Assembly (NCBI GenBank): GCA_963723995.1
Contig: CAVRSZ010000001.1
Span: 1,307,573-1,371,572 of the forward strand
From: an uncultured Acidimicrobiales bacterium
GTDB lineage: Bacteria > Actinomycetota > Acidimicrobiia > Acidimicrobiales > SZUA-35
Reading direction: 5' to 3'
Length of the DNA stretch: 64,000 nucleotides
Below are positions 1-10,829 of the stretch, one piece after another. Numbering within the stretch: position 1 is the stretch's first letter; each line of letters begins with the position of its first letter. Under the pieces are notes generated by a model, which had not been told where the DNA came from, did not search any database, and saw nothing but the letters and a program-made list of their open reading frames with translations. The translations under genes were made by a program, and so were the position numbers.

Positions 1-450
1 CAGCCCGTCGTCCACCGGCCATCGTTCGCAATTCTCGGGGTGTTCGTTGGAGATCATGAGGATGCGGGTCCCGGCCTCCAGGATCGATGCCAGCTCGGGA
101 GCGTGGAGCAAACCCTCCACGGTGCAGTCGGCCACGAAGTCGGCGGCCCGCAGGGCGGCCATGGCCGCCGGATTGTCGTCGATGGCCACCGAAGCTCCGG
201 TGGACCGGATGGGCAACGGGCCGGGGTTGGGCGGCGTCGGCACCACCACCTCGACCGGAACCATCCCGAGGGAGGCCAGGGCCAGGCGGGCCGTCTCCAC
301 CACGATGGGTCGACTTCGGGTCTCCGACAGCACCACCGCCACCTCGCCGGCCGACACCCGGCACGCCTCGAACTGGCGGGCGTAGCGTTCGACCCACGGC
401 CACTCGATGCGATGGCCGCCTCCGATCCCGGCGTTGAGATCGCCGATCAT
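1..450 (-). CDS. Peptidase M29 / 2,5-dihydroxypyridine 5,6-dioxygenase (NicX)-like protein, 3' end outside the window
   Basis: Not in the ORF track. My translation from the ATG at 450 (ATGA overlap with the upstream stop at 447-449) gives MIGDLNAGIGGGHRIEWPW...VVLSETRSRP...PIRSTGAS...DCTVEGLLHAPEL...RILMISNEHPE, motifs I recognise from this family. Open to the window edge. Confidence 0.75.
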   Translation of the reverse strand, partial: MIGDLNAGIGGGHRIEWPWVERYARQFEACRVSAGEVAVVLSETRSRPIVVETARLALASLGMVPVEVVVPTPPNPGPLPIRSTGASVAIDDNPAAMAALRAADFVADCTVEGLLHAPELASILEAGTRILMISNEHPENCERWPVDDGL

Positions 451-1679
451 GCCGGCGACTCCAGGTCGGGATCGGCGTCGTCGCCGTCATCGGCGAACAG
501 CCCGGCCCGGCCGAGCCGATCCAGGCAGACCTCTACGCTCCACGGCAACATCGTGGCCCCGGCCCGCGAGTCCCGATAGTACTGCTCCAGGGGCGAAGGC
601 CGGAGCATGGACCGGCCGCCGCACACCCGGATGGCGGTGGAGGCCAGGGTCGGGGCGCCCTCCATGGTGGTGACCATCGAGCTCCACGCCCGGCGAACCG
701 CCGCCGGCGACGGGTCGACGCCGACCTCGCCCAGCACCCGATAGCACAGGGCCTGGGCCCGCTCGTATACCAGGTTCATCTCGGCCCAGCCCTGCTGCTT
801 GATGGGATGGCTCCGTCGGGCCCGAGGCCCTCCATCACCGATGAGGTAGGCGGCGGTGGCGTCCATGACGGCCCGCATCAGGCCCAGGTAGGCGAACGAC
901 AGTGTCATGTAGAAGTAGGGCCAACGTCGGGCCGCCTGATCGAACATGCCGGGGGGAATCCACTCGTTGTCGGCCGGCACGAACACGTCGTTCAGCACCA
1001 GATCCCGGGAATCGGTGGCCCGCATACCCAGGGGATCCCAGTCGCCCACCACCTCGACCCCCTCGCTGCCGGCCGGTACGCCGAGTAGCCGGACCCGGGG
1101 ATCGCCCTCGACCAGGCACACGATGTTGTGGACGTGGGCCGCGCTGCTGAGGGAGGCGAAGATCTTGCGCCCGGTCACCCGGTAGCCTCCGTCGACCGGC
1201 ACGGCCCGGGTGGCGTAGCCGGCGGTGGCACCGGCGGCCACGCCCTCGGAGAAGGGCTGGCTGTGGATCATGTGACGCTCGATGATGCCGGCCCGCAGTG
1301 TGTGGCGACGGCGGTGCAGGACCGTCCGTTCGTCGTCGGCGAGATCCATGTCATCGGCGATCTGGCCGGTGAGCAGGGTGGTGGCCACGTGCATGTTGAA
1401 CGTCAGGGCGGTGGCGGTGCAGTGGCGGCCCAGTTCCTCGGCCACCAGGGCGTAGCCCACGAAGTCCCCGCCCAGTCCGCCGCCGTCGACCGGGATGCAG
1501 ACTCCGAGCAGACCGGCGGCGGCGAAGTCCCGCCAGTTCTCGGTGGGGAATCCTGCGGTCCGGTCGTAGTAGGCCGATCGGGCGGCGATGTCGGTCCCGA
1601 GCGCGGCCATGCGTTCCACCAACGCCGCCCGCTCCGGGGTGAGGATGCCGTCGGCGTGGGCCAGATCTGTCAGGGTCAA
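447..1679 (-). CDS. Acyl-CoA dehydrogenase family flavoprotein (possibly a flavin-dependent monooxygenase component)
   Basis: FPTENW, GGLGG, GRKIFAS, WDPLGMRATDS and LEQYYRDSRAG motifs; ATGA overlaps at both ends. Confidence 0.85.
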   Translation of the reverse strand: MTLTDLAHADGILTPERAALVERMAALGTDIAARSAYYDRTAGFPTENWRDFAAAGLLGVCIPVDGGGLGGDFVGYALVAEELGRHCTATALTFNMHVATTLLTGQIADDMDLADDERTVLHRRRHTLRAGIIERHMIHSQPFSEGVAAGATAGYATRAVPVDGGYRVTGRKIFASLSSAAHVHNIVCLVEGDPRVRLLGVPAGSEGVEVVGDWDPLGMRATDSRDLVLNDVFVPADNEWIPPGMFDQAARRWPYFYMTLSFAYLGLMRAVMDATAAYLIGDGGPRARRSHPIKQQGWAEMNLVYERAQALCYRVLGEVGVDPSPAAVRRAWSSMVTTMEGAPTLASTAIRVCGGRSMLRPSPLEQYYRDSRAGATMLPWSVEVCLDRLGRAGLFADDGDDADPDLESPA

Positions 1680-2524
1680 TGCGTGTTCTCCCGGTTGTGG
1701 GGTGTGGGATCGCCGGCCGAATCGGGTTGGGCCAGGAACTCGAGCACCAGCCGGTTGAAGGTCTCCGGGTCTTCCGACGGACTCAGGTGACCGACTCCGG
1801 CCATGATCTCGAGCCGAGCCCGGGGCAGGCCGGCGGCCAAGGCCTCAGCGTAGGCCACGGGGGTCTCGGTATCGAGTTCGCCCACGACGACCAGGGCCTC
1901 CTGTTCGATCTCTGCCAGCCGGCCCCGCACGTCATGGTCGGGCAGGCACTCGACGGCAGCCCGCAGCCCGTCGGCGGGAATGCGGGCAAAGGCGGCTATC
2001 AGGTCGATCCGGATCTTGGGACCCAGTGGCCGACCGGCGATGGCATCGAGCACGTCGGAGGCCATCTCGGCCGGTGTCGATCCGCAATCGAGCGGCTGGA
2101 GCCGGGCCCGCTTCCAGCCCTCGGCCGAGGTGCCGTCCAGCCCGAAGGCGGGGCTGGTGTCGACGAGCACAAGCCGGCGTACCCGCTGGGGGTGTCGAAG
2201 CGCGCTGTGAAGGGCATGCATGCCACCGAAGCTCAGTCCCACCAGATCCACCGGCTGGTCGGGATCGACCCCTGCATCGTCCAGGAACTCGACCACCCGG
2301 TCGGCAAGGAGGGGGAAGGTCAGCTCAGCCTCCGGCTCGGCCTCCCCGTAGCCCGGCATGTCCCACGCGAGGCAACGGTGGTCGGCTCCAAGCACGGCCA
2401 GTTGGGGATTCCACGACTCACGGGTTCCCCCCAGCCCGTGAAGGAACGCGACGGGTGGACCGGCTCCGCACTCCCGCCATGCCGACCGGCCGCGTCTTCG
2501 GTCATGACAGATGGGCTCCTTCAT
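1676..2524 (-). CDS. Alpha/beta fold hydrolase
   Basis: FLHGLGG, WDMPGYG, nucleophile elbow GLSFGG, GELD and GHL catalytic motifs. Start moved to the ATG at 2524 (MKEP). Confidence 0.85.
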   Translation of the reverse strand: MKEPICHDRRRGRSAWRECGAGPPVAFLHGLGGTRESWNPQLAVLGADHRCLAWDMPGYGEAEPEAELTFPLLADRVVEFLDDAGVDPDQPVDLVGLSFGGMHALHSALRHPQRVRRLVLVDTSPAFGLDGTSAEGWKRARLQPLDCGSTPAEMASDVLDAIAGRPLGPKIRIDLIAAFARIPADGLRAAVECLPDHDVRGRLAEIEQEALVVVGELDTETPVAYAEALAAGLPRARLEIMAGVGHLSPSEDPETFNRLVLEFLAQPDSAGDPTPHNRENTH

Positions 2525-2561
2525 GTCGCCACTGTGCCACCTCGGTGGCCGCCTTCTGGCG

Positions 2562-2596
2562 CCGGCAGCTCCGAAAATCGGAGTTCCTGCCACCGG
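2562..2596. terminator. Intergenic hairpin (possible terminator or REP-like element)
   Basis: CTCCGA-AAA-TCGGAG core with imperfect outer CCGG-CAG / CTG-CCGG pairing. Confidence 0.35.
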
Positions 2597-2623
2597 AACC
2601 GCGATGAGCGGCGCATGCCGGGC

Positions 2624-3697
2624 CTACGACGGGGCCATTCGGTGGTGGACGACACCCCACTCGGTGCCGCCGTCGAAGCCGAACAGTTCCGAGCAGGCCA
2701 TCATGAACATACGCCACCGCTGAATCCAGCGTTTGGTGTCGGGCCCGTAGACCGGGCCCAGCACGGCCTCGATCCGGTTCCGATCGGCGTCGATGCGTTC
2801 GAGCCAGGCATCGAGGGTGCGAGCGTAGTGATGGCCCGGGTACCACCAGGTCCCCTCGACGACCAGACCGGTGTCGTACTCGGCGGCGATGCGGGGGAAC
2901 AGGTCGGCCGACGGCATAACCCCGCCGCTGAAGAAGTACCGGGTCATCCAGTTGGCCGAACCCTCGTCTTCGAACGGGTAGAAACGATCCCGGTGTGCGA
3001 AGACGTGCACATAGAACCGGCCGTCGTCGGTCAACAGGTCCCGCAGCCGGCCGAACAGGCGGCGATGATTGCGCACGTGCTCCAGCATCTCCACACTGAT
3101 GATCCGGTCGAATCGACCGTCGGCGGTCAGTCCCGCCCGATGCAGTCCGTTGACATCGACCACTCGATGCTCCACATTGGCCAGACCGGCGGCCGAGGCC
3201 CTGGCGGCGATGAACTCCCCCTGGGAGGCCGAGTTGGAGACGGCGAGCACGGTGGTCGCCGGGAACCGTTCGGCCACACGGAGGGCGATCGACCCCCAGC
3301 CACAGCCCAGGTCGAGCACCCGCATTCCTTCGGCCACACCGGCCTGATCGATGGTCCGGTCGAGCATGCGACGCTCGGAGGCTTCCAGATCGTCGCCCTG
3401 CTCCCACAACCCGGACGAGTACTTCAATCGGGGTCCGAGGATGAGTTCGAAGAAGGCGGCCGGCACCTCATAGTGCTGGCGGTTGGCCTCTTCGGGCACC
3501 AGGGCCACCGGCCCGCCCGACCAGGCCTCGAGCCATTGCCGACGCTCTTCGTCGCTCCGATCTCGCTCGACCGCCAGCCGGCGACCGATGGCGGCCCGCA
3601 TCCCGGCCCGGACCAGGCGGTCGGGCGCGCCTCGCTCCGCCGCCTCGATGCCGGCCCTGACTGCGTCGTCCACCACCCGTTCGAACACCGGGCTCAT
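2624..3697 (-). CDS. SAM-dependent methyltransferase, cyclopropane-fatty-acyl-phospholipid synthase family
   Basis: ANRQHYEVP, LGPRLKYSS, VLDLGCGWGS, SVEMLEHVRN, YFFSGGVMPS, WRMFMMACSELFG. Start set at ATG 3697. Confidence 0.85.
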   Translation of the reverse strand: MSPVFERVVDDAVRAGIEAAERGAPDRLVRAGMRAAIGRRLAVERDRSDEERRQWLEAWSGGPVALVPEEANRQHYEVPAAFFELILGPRLKYSSGLWEQGDDLEASERRMLDRTIDQAGVAEGMRVLDLGCGWGSIALRVAERFPATTVLAVSNSASQGEFIAARASAAGLANVEHRVVDVNGLHRAGLTADGRFDRIISVEMLEHVRNHRRLFGRLRDLLTDDGRFYVHVFAHRDRFYPFEDEGSANWMTRYFFSGGVMPSADLFPRIAAEYDTGLVVEGTWWYPGHHYARTLDAWLERIDADRNRIEAVLGPVYGPDTKRWIQRWRMFMMACSELFGFDGGTEWGVVHHRMAPS

Positions 3698-3746
3698 GAT
3701 GCCCCGGCCGCCGGCAGGGTGCGACATCGGGATTCCCGGCAACGGC

Positions 3747-4907
3747 TCAGCAGATACGGGGGAGCTGCTCACCGAGAGGGAGATCGACGACCCTGGTGGC
3801 ACCGAACGGGGTCTTGGCCACCACGATGCCGGGGTGGTCCTCGACTACCCGCCCGATCACGCAGGCCTGCCGGCCTTGAGGGTGGCCGGCCATGGCGGCC
3901 AGGACGATGTCGACGTCGGCCTCGGCCACCATGGCCAGAAGACGGCCCTCGTTGGCCACGCTGACCGGGTCGAGACCGAGGAACGAGCAGGCGGCTGCCA
4001 CCTCATCGGGCACCGGCAGCAACGACTCCTCATAGGCGATCCCGACCCCGGCGGTGCCGGCGATCTCGCACAGCGACGCCGCCACGCCACCCCGGGTCGG
4101 GTCCCGCAGCATGTGGATGTCGGCCACCTCGACCATGGCCGCCACCAGCCCGTTGAGGGGCGCCGAATCGGTGGCCAACGAGGTGCCGAAGGCCAGCCCC
4201 TCCCTTTGCGACATCACGGCCACGCCGTGAAGACCGATGGGACCACTGACGATGACCACATCACCGGGAGCGGCCCTGGTGGGGCGGATGTCGACACCGG
4301 CCGGGATGATCCCGATTCCGGTGGTGTTGATGTACAGACCCTCGTCGCCACGACCGGCCGATGGTGAACCGTCGATGATCCGGTCGATGACCTTGGTGTC
4401 GCCGGTGACCACCCTGACTCCGGCCGATCGTGCCGCCGCCCCCATCGACTCGACCACCCGGCCCAGCACCGCCAGCTTCAGCCCCTCGGTCAGGACGAAT
4501 CCGGCACTCAGGGCCACCGGTCGGGCCCCGGCCATCGAGACGTCGTTGACCGTACCGTTGACCGCCAGGTCGCCGATACAGCCGCCGGGGAAGAACAGGG
4601 GCCGCACCACGTAGGAGTCGGTGGAGAAGGCCAGCCGCTCCCCTGTGGCCAAACCTTCGCCCAAGACAACCGCTGCGTCGTGCAGCTCGACGGGCTCGGG
4701 GCCGGCGGTGTAAACGCCATCGTGGAACCCGGAGACGAAGGCGGGAAGGAACAGATGCTCGATGAGTTCGGCCGACATCCGCCCGCCCCCGCCGTGGCCC
4801 ATCACGATCCGGTCGTGATGGCGCAGCGGTAGCGGGCAGCTCCAATCGGCGAAGTCGGGAGCGGCCGGTCGGGTGGCAGCCGCTGCTCCGGGCCCGGGCT
4901 CAGCCAA
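3747..4907 (-). CDS. hypE: Hydrogenase maturation protein HypE
   Basis: [37 protein letters not shown] and C-terminal LPRIC. Probable TTG start at 4907 overlapping the hypD stop. Confidence 0.95.
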   Translation of the reverse strand: MAEPGPGAAAATRPAAPDFADWSCPLPLRHHDRIVMGHGGGGRMSAELIEHLFLPAFVSGFHDGVYTAGPEPVELHDAAVVLGEGLATGERLAFSTDSYVVRPLFFPGGCIGDLAVNGTVNDVSMAGARPVALSAGFVLTEGLKLAVLGRVVESMGAAARSAGVRVVTGDTKVIDRIIDGSPSAGRGDEGLYINTTGIGIIPAGVDIRPTRAAPGDVVIVSGPIGLHGVAVMSQREGLAFGTSLATDSAPLNGLVAAMVEVADIHMLRDPTRGGVAASLCEIAGTAGVGIAYEESLLPVPDEVAAACSFLGLDPVSVANEGRLLAMVAEADVDIVLAAMAGHPQGRQACVIGRVVEDHPGIVVAKTPFGATRVVDLPLGEQLPRIC

Positions 4908-6033
4908 CGCCGACCTCGACCGGAGCACCGTCGAGCCGCCGGTACTGGTAGTAGGCGGCACACGCTCCCTCACTGGAGACCATGGTCGCCCCCAGCGGCG
5001 TCCTCGGCGTGCACTGGCCGCCGAAGGCCTCACACTCGATGGGCTTGATCAGGCCCTGCAGCACCTCACCGCTACGGCAGACGGCCGACTCCGGGGAGTC
5101 GATGGCGCCAACGTCGAACCGGGTTTCGGCGTCGAACTCGGCATAGCGATCGGACAGGCACCATCCACTGGCCGGGATCGTGCCGACACCCCGCCATTGG
5201 CGGTCACAGACGGTGAACACGTCGTCGACCATCTGCTGGGCCGGAACATTGCCCTTTTCGCTGACCACCCGGGGGTAGGCGTTGTCCAGCTCGGCCCGTC
5301 CCTCGACCAGCTGGGCCACCACCCGGCGGATGCCCTCCAGGACATCGAGCGGTTCGAACCCGGTTACCACGATGGGCAGACCGAACCGCTCGACCAGCGG
5401 TCCGTACTGCCAGGTCCCCATGACCGAACAGACGTGGCCGGCGGCCAGGAAGCCGTCGATCCGGCTGGTGGGCGACGAGGCGATGGCCTCCACTGCGGGG
5501 GGAACCAGCACATGGCTGACCAGGACCGAGAAGTTGTCGAGCCCCCGAGCCCGAGCCTGGTGGACGGCCATGGCGTTGGCCGGGGCCGTTGTCTCGAACC
5601 CGATGGCAAAGAACACGACCTGGCGATCGGGGTTGTCCTCGGCCAGGTTCACCGCGTCGAGGGGCGAGTACACGACACGAACATCGCCGCCCTCGCTGCG
5701 AACCGAGAAGAGGTCGCGGCCGGTTCCGGGCACCCGGAGCATGTCGCCGAACGAGCAGAAGATCACGTCCGGCCGGGAGGCGATGGCCAGGGCCTTGTCG
5801 ATCACGTTCAGCGGGGTGACACACACCGGGCACCCCGGACCGTGGATCAGTTCGATGGCGTCGGGCAGGAGTTGGTCGATGCCGTTGCGGATGATGGCGT
5901 GGGTCTGGCCCCCGCACACCTCCATGATGGCAAGGGGGGGCTCGCCGGCCGGTCGATCGGACACCAGCTGCTCGATGTGGGCCAGCAGGTTACGGGCGAG
6001 AGCCGGATCCCGGAATTCGTCGAGGTACTTCAT
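4900..6033 (-). CDS. hypD: Hydrogenase maturation protein HypD
   Basis: [38 protein letters not shown]. Confidence 0.97.
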   Translation of the reverse strand: MKYLDEFRDPALARNLLAHIEQLVSDRPAGEPPLAIMEVCGGQTHAIIRNGIDQLLPDAIELIHGPGCPVCVTPLNVIDKALAIASRPDVIFCSFGDMLRVPGTGRDLFSVRSEGGDVRVVYSPLDAVNLAEDNPDRQVVFFAIGFETTAPANAMAVHQARARGLDNFSVLVSHVLVPPAVEAIASSPTSRIDGFLAAGHVCSVMGTWQYGPLVERFGLPIVVTGFEPLDVLEGIRRVVAQLVEGRAELDNAYPRVVSEKGNVPAQQMVDDVFTVCDRQWRGVGTIPASGWCLSDRYAEFDAETRFDVGAIDSPESAVCRSGEVLQGLIKPIECEAFGGQCTPRTPLGATMVSSEGACAAYYQYRRLDGAPVEVGVG

Positions 6034-6323
6034 CCTCCGCCCCCTCCGTCACCCGCCGCCGGCTCGATCGGTGCCGGTTCCGCTCCCAGTCCGTCCTCCA
6101 GGATCCCCAGTTCTGCGAACAGGGCCAGGGTCTCCAGAGCCGACGCCTCGTCGACCTTGGAGATGGCGAAACCGACATGGACGATGGCGTAGTCGCCGAC
6201 CTCGATGTCGGGCAGGTAGGCAAGGCAGATGTCCTTGTGGATGCCGTCGAAGTCGATGGTGGCCATCCTGGTCCCCCGCTCTTCACGGATGTCGACGATC
6301 TTTCCCGGTACTGCCAGACACAT
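6030..6323 (-). CDS. hypC: Hydrogenase maturation chaperone HypC
   Basis: N-terminus MCLAVPGK at ATG 6323; VHVGFAI motif. Confidence 0.96.
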   Translation of the reverse strand: MCLAVPGKIVDIREERGTRMATIDFDGIHKDICLAYLPDIEVGDYAIVHVGFAISKVDEASALETLALFAELGILEDGLGAEPAPIEPAAGDGGGGG

Positions 6324-6324
6324 A

Positions 6325-8793
6325 TCAGTGCTCCTGGTTCTGCTGAGGATCCTCGGGGTCGGGCTCGGCGAGGGCTCGGTGTAACCCAAGATAGGCCTGG
6401 CCCAGGGCCAGACCTCCATCATTGGGCGGTACCACGTGGTGGGTCAAGAGCTTGATGGCGCGTCCGGAACCGTCGATGACATGACCCAGCGCGTCCAGGC
6501 ACAATCGGGTGGCCAACACGTTCTGGAACACCCCACCGGACAACACCACGGCATCGACCTCCCCCTCGGCCGGAAACGACTCGGCCAGCAGGGTCTGGGC
6601 CAGCGTGGCCACCACCTCGGCCACGGCCTGGTGGAACCAACGGGCGATCATGCCGACCGGCCGGCCGCGACCCAGATCGGCCATGATCTCCACCAGGATC
6701 GGGCCGGGGTCGATGACGATCGGCTCGTCGAGGTCGGACCGGACCAGGCCGAACCGGTACCGGTGGCCGGGATCACCGATCGCCGACTCGGTCCCGGTGG
6801 CGGCCACAGCCTCGGTGTCGGGCATGGTCCCAGCCACCGTCTCGGCATCGCTCGCCGCGATCTCCAGCTCGATGGCGGCCTGGGCTTCGTAGCTGATGGT
6901 GTGGCGCAAACCGATCAGCGACGACACAGCGTCGAACAACCGACCCATGCTGGTGGTGGGTACACACGCCACGTCGCCGTCCAGTTGGGCCCGGAGCAGG
7001 GCGACCTCACGGTCATCGGCCCACCGGGCGGGCCGGCTGCCGGGCCAGTCGATGCCGGCCGAGTGGAGGTGGGCCAGGGCTACCCGCCACGGGTTGGCGA
7101 TGGCGGCATCGCCACCGGGAAGCGGGATCGGTGCCAGGTGGGCCACCCGGGTCAGGTCGGTCACCGGACCGGCGAACACCTCACCTCCCCAGATGGTGCC
7201 GTCGTCGCCGTAGCCGGTGCCGTCGAAGGCAAACCCGACCACCCGCGTCGTCGGCGAAAGGCCGGCCTCGGCGACCACGGCGGCGACATGGGCCCGATGG
7301 TGCTGGACGTCGAACACCGGCTCCGGTCGGCGGCGAGCCCAGCCCGACGACAGGTATCCGGGATGGGCGTCGGCCACCAGCCGTTCGGGGACCACGTCGT
7401 AGAGGCGGGTGAACCGCTCGACGTTGGCCTCCACGGCCTCGAGGGTGGCCAGATTCTCCATGTCCCCCAGATGCTGGCTGACCCAGGCCCGCCCCCCGGC
7501 GGCCAGGCAGAACGTGTTCTTCAGCTCGGCCCCGACAGCCAGAAGCGGCGGCCCGAAGGGCACCGCCACCGGAATCGGTGCGTAGCCACGGGCCCGGCGG
7601 ACCGGCAGCAGCCGGTCTCCCATGACCCGAACCACCGAGTCGTCGCAGGGCGAGGCCACGGGGCGGTCGTGGTCGAGCAGCCCGTCGTACAGTGGGGCCA
7701 GGGCGTCGATCCCGGCCCGGTCGCTTACCAGGGGCTCGCCCGAGACATTGGCGCTGGTCATGACCAGCGGCCGATCGAGCTCGGCGGACAGTAGGTGGTG
7801 GACCGGGGTGTAGGGAAGCATCAGCCCGACCAGGGGGTTGCCGGGAGCCACCTCGGCTGCCAGGAGCCGATCCGGTCGGACTCGGACCAGCACGATGGGG
7901 GCGGCCGGGGAGGCGAGCAGATCGGTCTCGGACCGGTCGATCACGGCCAACCGGCCGGCCTGGTCGAGGTGGGCCACCATCACCGCCAACGGCTTGTCGG
8001 GACGGTGCTTGCGTCGGCGTAGTTCGGCCACCGCTCGGCTGTCGGTGGCGTCACAGGCCAGGTGATAGCCCCCAAGGCCCTTGATGGCGACAATGCCGCC
8101 GTCGGCCAGCATGGCCGCTGCGGGCCGAATCGGATCGGCATCATCGATGCCGGACCGGCCCGAACGCCGATCCTCGAACCACAATCTCGGACCGCAGTCA
8201 TGGCAACCGATGGGCTGGGCGTGATAGCGGCGGTCACCGGGATCGCGGTATTCGGCTCGGCAGGCGTCACACAGATCGAAGCCGGCCATGGTGGTGGCAG
8301 CCCGGTCATAGGGCAGATCGGTGATGATGGTGAAGCGGGGACCGCAGTTGGTGCAGGTGATGAACGGGTGGTGGTGGCGCCGGTCGACCGGATCGAACAG
8401 CTCGGCCAGGCATTCGGCACAGACCGCGGTGTCGGGTGGGACGAGGGTTCTGGCCCCGTCGGCTGTGGCGCTGGCCACGATTCGAAACACCGGCTCGGCC
8501 CCGGGATCGGGGGCCAGCGTCGATCGACGAACCTCGGTGATCCGAGCCAGCGGTGGACTTTCGTCGACCAGGCGTCGGGCGAAGCGATCCACCGCCTCCG
8601 CCGACCCGGCGATCTCGATGAAGACCTTGGCCGAGTCGTTGCCGACATGGCCCGACAAGCCCAGTTCAGTGGCCAGGCGGTGGACGAAGGGGCGAAAGCC
8701 CACCCCCTGGACCACACCGGTCACCTCGACCCGCTCCCTGACCGTCGCCGGCGACCCGGGTGATTGCGCAAGCCTCTCGGATGCTGCCGTCAT
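6325..8793 (-). CDS. hypF: Carbamoyltransferase HypF
   Basis: GVVQGVGFRPFV acylphosphatase domain, CxxC zinc fingers (CTNCGPRF, CHDCGP), KGLGGYHLACDA, FDGTGYG, PPNDGGLALGQ. Confidence 0.97.
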   Translation of the reverse strand: MTAASERLAQSPGSPATVRERVEVTGVVQGVGFRPFVHRLATELGLSGHVGNDSAKVFIEIAGSAEAVDRFARRLVDESPPLARITEVRRSTLAPDPGAEPVFRIVASATADGARTLVPPDTAVCAECLAELFDPVDRRHHHPFITCTNCGPRFTIITDLPYDRAATTMAGFDLCDACRAEYRDPGDRRYHAQPIGCHDCGPRLWFEDRRSGRSGIDDADPIRPAAAMLADGGIVAIKGLGGYHLACDATDSRAVAELRRRKHRPDKPLAVMVAHLDQAGRLAVIDRSETDLLASPAAPIVLVRVRPDRLLAAEVAPGNPLVGLMLPYTPVHHLLSAELDRPLVMTSANVSGEPLVSDRAGIDALAPLYDGLLDHDRPVASPCDDSVVRVMGDRLLPVRRARGYAPIPVAVPFGPPLLAVGAELKNTFCLAAGGRAWVSQHLGDMENLATLEAVEANVERFTRLYDVVPERLVADAHPGYLSSGWARRRPEPVFDVQHHRAHVAAVVAEAGLSPTTRVVGFAFDGTGYGDDGTIWGGEVFAGPVTDLTRVAHLAPIPLPGGDAAIANPWRVALAHLHSAGIDWPGSRPARWADDREVALLRAQLDGDVACVPTTSMGRLFDAVSSLIGLRHTISYEAQAAIELEIAASDAETVAGTMPDTEAVAATGTESAIGDPGHRYRFGLVRSDLDEPIVIDPGPILVEIMADLGRGRPVGMIARWFHQAVAEVVATLAQTLLAESFPAEGEVDAVVLSGGVFQNVLATRLCLDALGHVIDGSGRAIKLLTHHVVPPNDGGLALGQAYLGLHRALAEPDPEDPQQNQEH

Positions 8794-10739
8794 TGCCGCC
8801 GGGCCGACTCGAGATCGTGGGCCGGCACCATGAACCCGTCGAAGAATGCGGCCAGCTCGTCGAAACCGTCGAGCGGCAGAACGTGGGCCACATGTTGGTC
8901 GGGACGCACGATCACCATTGCCCCGAACTCCCTGTCGAGCTGTCGATGATCGAAGATGTCGGGGCCGCGGATGACATCGGGGCAGAAGACCTTGTGATAG
9001 TCGACGAGGCCGTAGCGACCCTTGGTCGGCCGCAGCAACGGGGGGACGTCACCGATGACCAGCTCACGGTGACTCTGCTGGAGCACGGCCCGCACGTCGA
9101 TGACGGCATCGACATCGGCCCCGGACGGCGTGAAACGCGCGACGGGTGACGCCGGATCGTCCCGGAGGAGCCGACACAGCATGGCCAGCCGGGAACCGTC
9201 GTCGTCCGGCCGGGCACGATCGGCAAACAGGACGACCCGCCACCGGCCATCGGCGGTCGCGGTGTGACCGAGGTGCATCGGTTTGGCGTCGGCCAGCCGG
9301 ATCACGGGAGCGGAATGGAAGCGGGTGCCGATGACAAACCCCCGGGCCAAGGATTGATGGAAACCGTCGCCGGTCACCACGGACGGCTCGTAGCGGGTGG
9401 CCACACCCGCCGTGAATCGCCCGTGCTGCTGGAAGTACCGTTGAAACTCGTCGGGATCGACGCCGCCCTCGTCGTCGGAGGTCCTTGGCCGGGCGCTGAA
9501 CAGTCGGGCCAGTTCGCGGTCGAAATCGATGAGCTCCTTGGCTACGGCCCGTCGCTCGGCCGAGTAGGTGTGCAGCAGCTCGGGCCTGGACCGGCCGGTC
9601 AACACCGACGCCAGTTTCCAACCCAGGTTGAAGCCATCCCGCATCGACACATTCATTCCTTGTCCTGCTTTGGGACTGTGAGTGTGGCAGGCATCGCCGG
9701 CGATGAACACCCGGGGCAACCGAATGTCGGTCTCTGCGGCGGGTACGTCGTCGAACTTGTCGGTCAGGCGCTGGCCGATCTCGTACACCGACCACCAAGC
9801 CACCTCATGAACCTCGACGGTGTAGGGGGCGAGAATACGATTGGCCTCGGCGACCAGTCGCTCGATCGTGATGTCGCGGTCGGCTGCCCGTTCATTCTCG
9901 CGGAGCTTGTCCAGCTCGATGTACAAACGGACGAGGTAGCCGCCCTCTCGGGGGATGATCACCATGTTGCCCCCGTTGGCCGAATACACCAGCGACTTGA
10001 ATCGGATATCGGGGAAGTCGGTGACAGCCAGGACATCCATGACCCCCCACGCCTGGTTGGCCGTGTCGCCGGTCAAGGTCCGACCGATGGATGTCCGAAC
10101 GGTGCTTCTGGCGCCGTCACAGCCGACCACATAGTGGGCCCGCATCGTCTCGATCTCACCGGTGTGGGCGTCATCGGTGCGCTCGAATCGGGCCGTGATC
10201 GGTACGGCCGGATCGTCGGGGCGGTCCAGCCCGATCAGGCGACGGCCGTAGTCGGGTGTCAACCCACTCGGGCCCTCGGCCATGAAGCCGAGGAAGAAGT
10301 CGTGGACCCTGGCCTGGTTCAGAATCACGTGGGGGAACTCGGACAGTCCGTCCTCGACATCCTGAATACGGTCGCTACGACAGATCCGATGGGGGGCGGC
10401 GGGATCCGGCTTCCAGAAGACGGTCTCGTTGACCCAGTACGCCTCCTTCATCACCTTGTCGGCGAACCCGAAGGCGTTGAACATCTCCATGCTCCGGCAG
10501 GCGATCCCGTCGGCCTGGCCCAAGCGAAGGGGCCCATCCTTGAGGTCGACGATGCACACCGACAGAGTCGGGAACACCGACAGTTGGGACGCCAGGGTCA
10601 GGCCGGTCGGACCGCAGCCGACGATCAACACATCGACGTCGGAGGGAAGGCGACGTCGACCCACCGGAGGTGGCAACGCCGCCTCGGGATCGACGATGGC
10701 CGGATCCCCCGGCCTGAATCCATTGAGATGAAACTCCAC
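8790..10739 (-). CDS. FAD-dependent aromatic monooxygenase (phenol 2-monooxygenase / 3-hydroxybenzoate hydroxylase family)
   Basis: GTG start giving MEFHLNGFRPGDP; GCGPTG Rossmann motif, GQADG, GCDGARS, IAGDACHTHSPKAGQGMN, C-terminal thioredoxin-like VRPDQHV. ATGA overlap with hypF. Confidence 0.9.
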   Translation of the reverse strand: MEFHLNGFRPGDPAIVDPEAALPPPVGRRRLPSDVDVLIVGCGPTGLTLASQLSVFPTLSVCIVDLKDGPLRLGQADGIACRSMEMFNAFGFADKVMKEAYWVNETVFWKPDPAAPHRICRSDRIQDVEDGLSEFPHVILNQARVHDFFLGFMAEGPSGLTPDYGRRLIGLDRPDDPAVPITARFERTDDAHTGEIETMRAHYVVGCDGARSTVRTSIGRTLTGDTANQAWGVMDVLAVTDFPDIRFKSLVYSANGGNMVIIPREGGYLVRLYIELDKLRENERAADRDITIERLVAEANRILAPYTVEVHEVAWWSVYEIGQRLTDKFDDVPAAETDIRLPRVFIAGDACHTHSPKAGQGMNVSMRDGFNLGWKLASVLTGRSRPELLHTYSAERRAVAKELIDFDRELARLFSARPRTSDDEGGVDPDEFQRYFQQHGRFTAGVATRYEPSVVTGDGFHQSLARGFVIGTRFHSAPVIRLADAKPMHLGHTATADGRWRVVLFADRARPDDDGSRLAMLCRLLRDDPASPVARFTPSGADVDAVIDVRAVLQQSHRELVIGDVPPLLRPTKGRYGLVDYHKVFCPDVIRGPDIFDHRQLDREFGAMVIVRPDQHVAHVLPLDGFDELAAFFDGFMVPAHDLESARRQ

Positions 10740-10829
10740 GGCCTGGAACCTCTGGTGAGCAGGCTGGGACAACGCTACACCGGCAATGGACGCCGAATGC
10801 AACTCTGCGACCGCCAGTAGGCTCCGAGA

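Noticed and set aside
1679-3964. Long antisense/alternate-frame ORFs (e.g. 1679-3964 +, 9264-10820 +, 28929-30902 -, 32468-34015 -, 45209-46903 -)
   Set aside because: Shadow frames of clearly identified genes, expected in high-GC DNA; no recognisable motifs.
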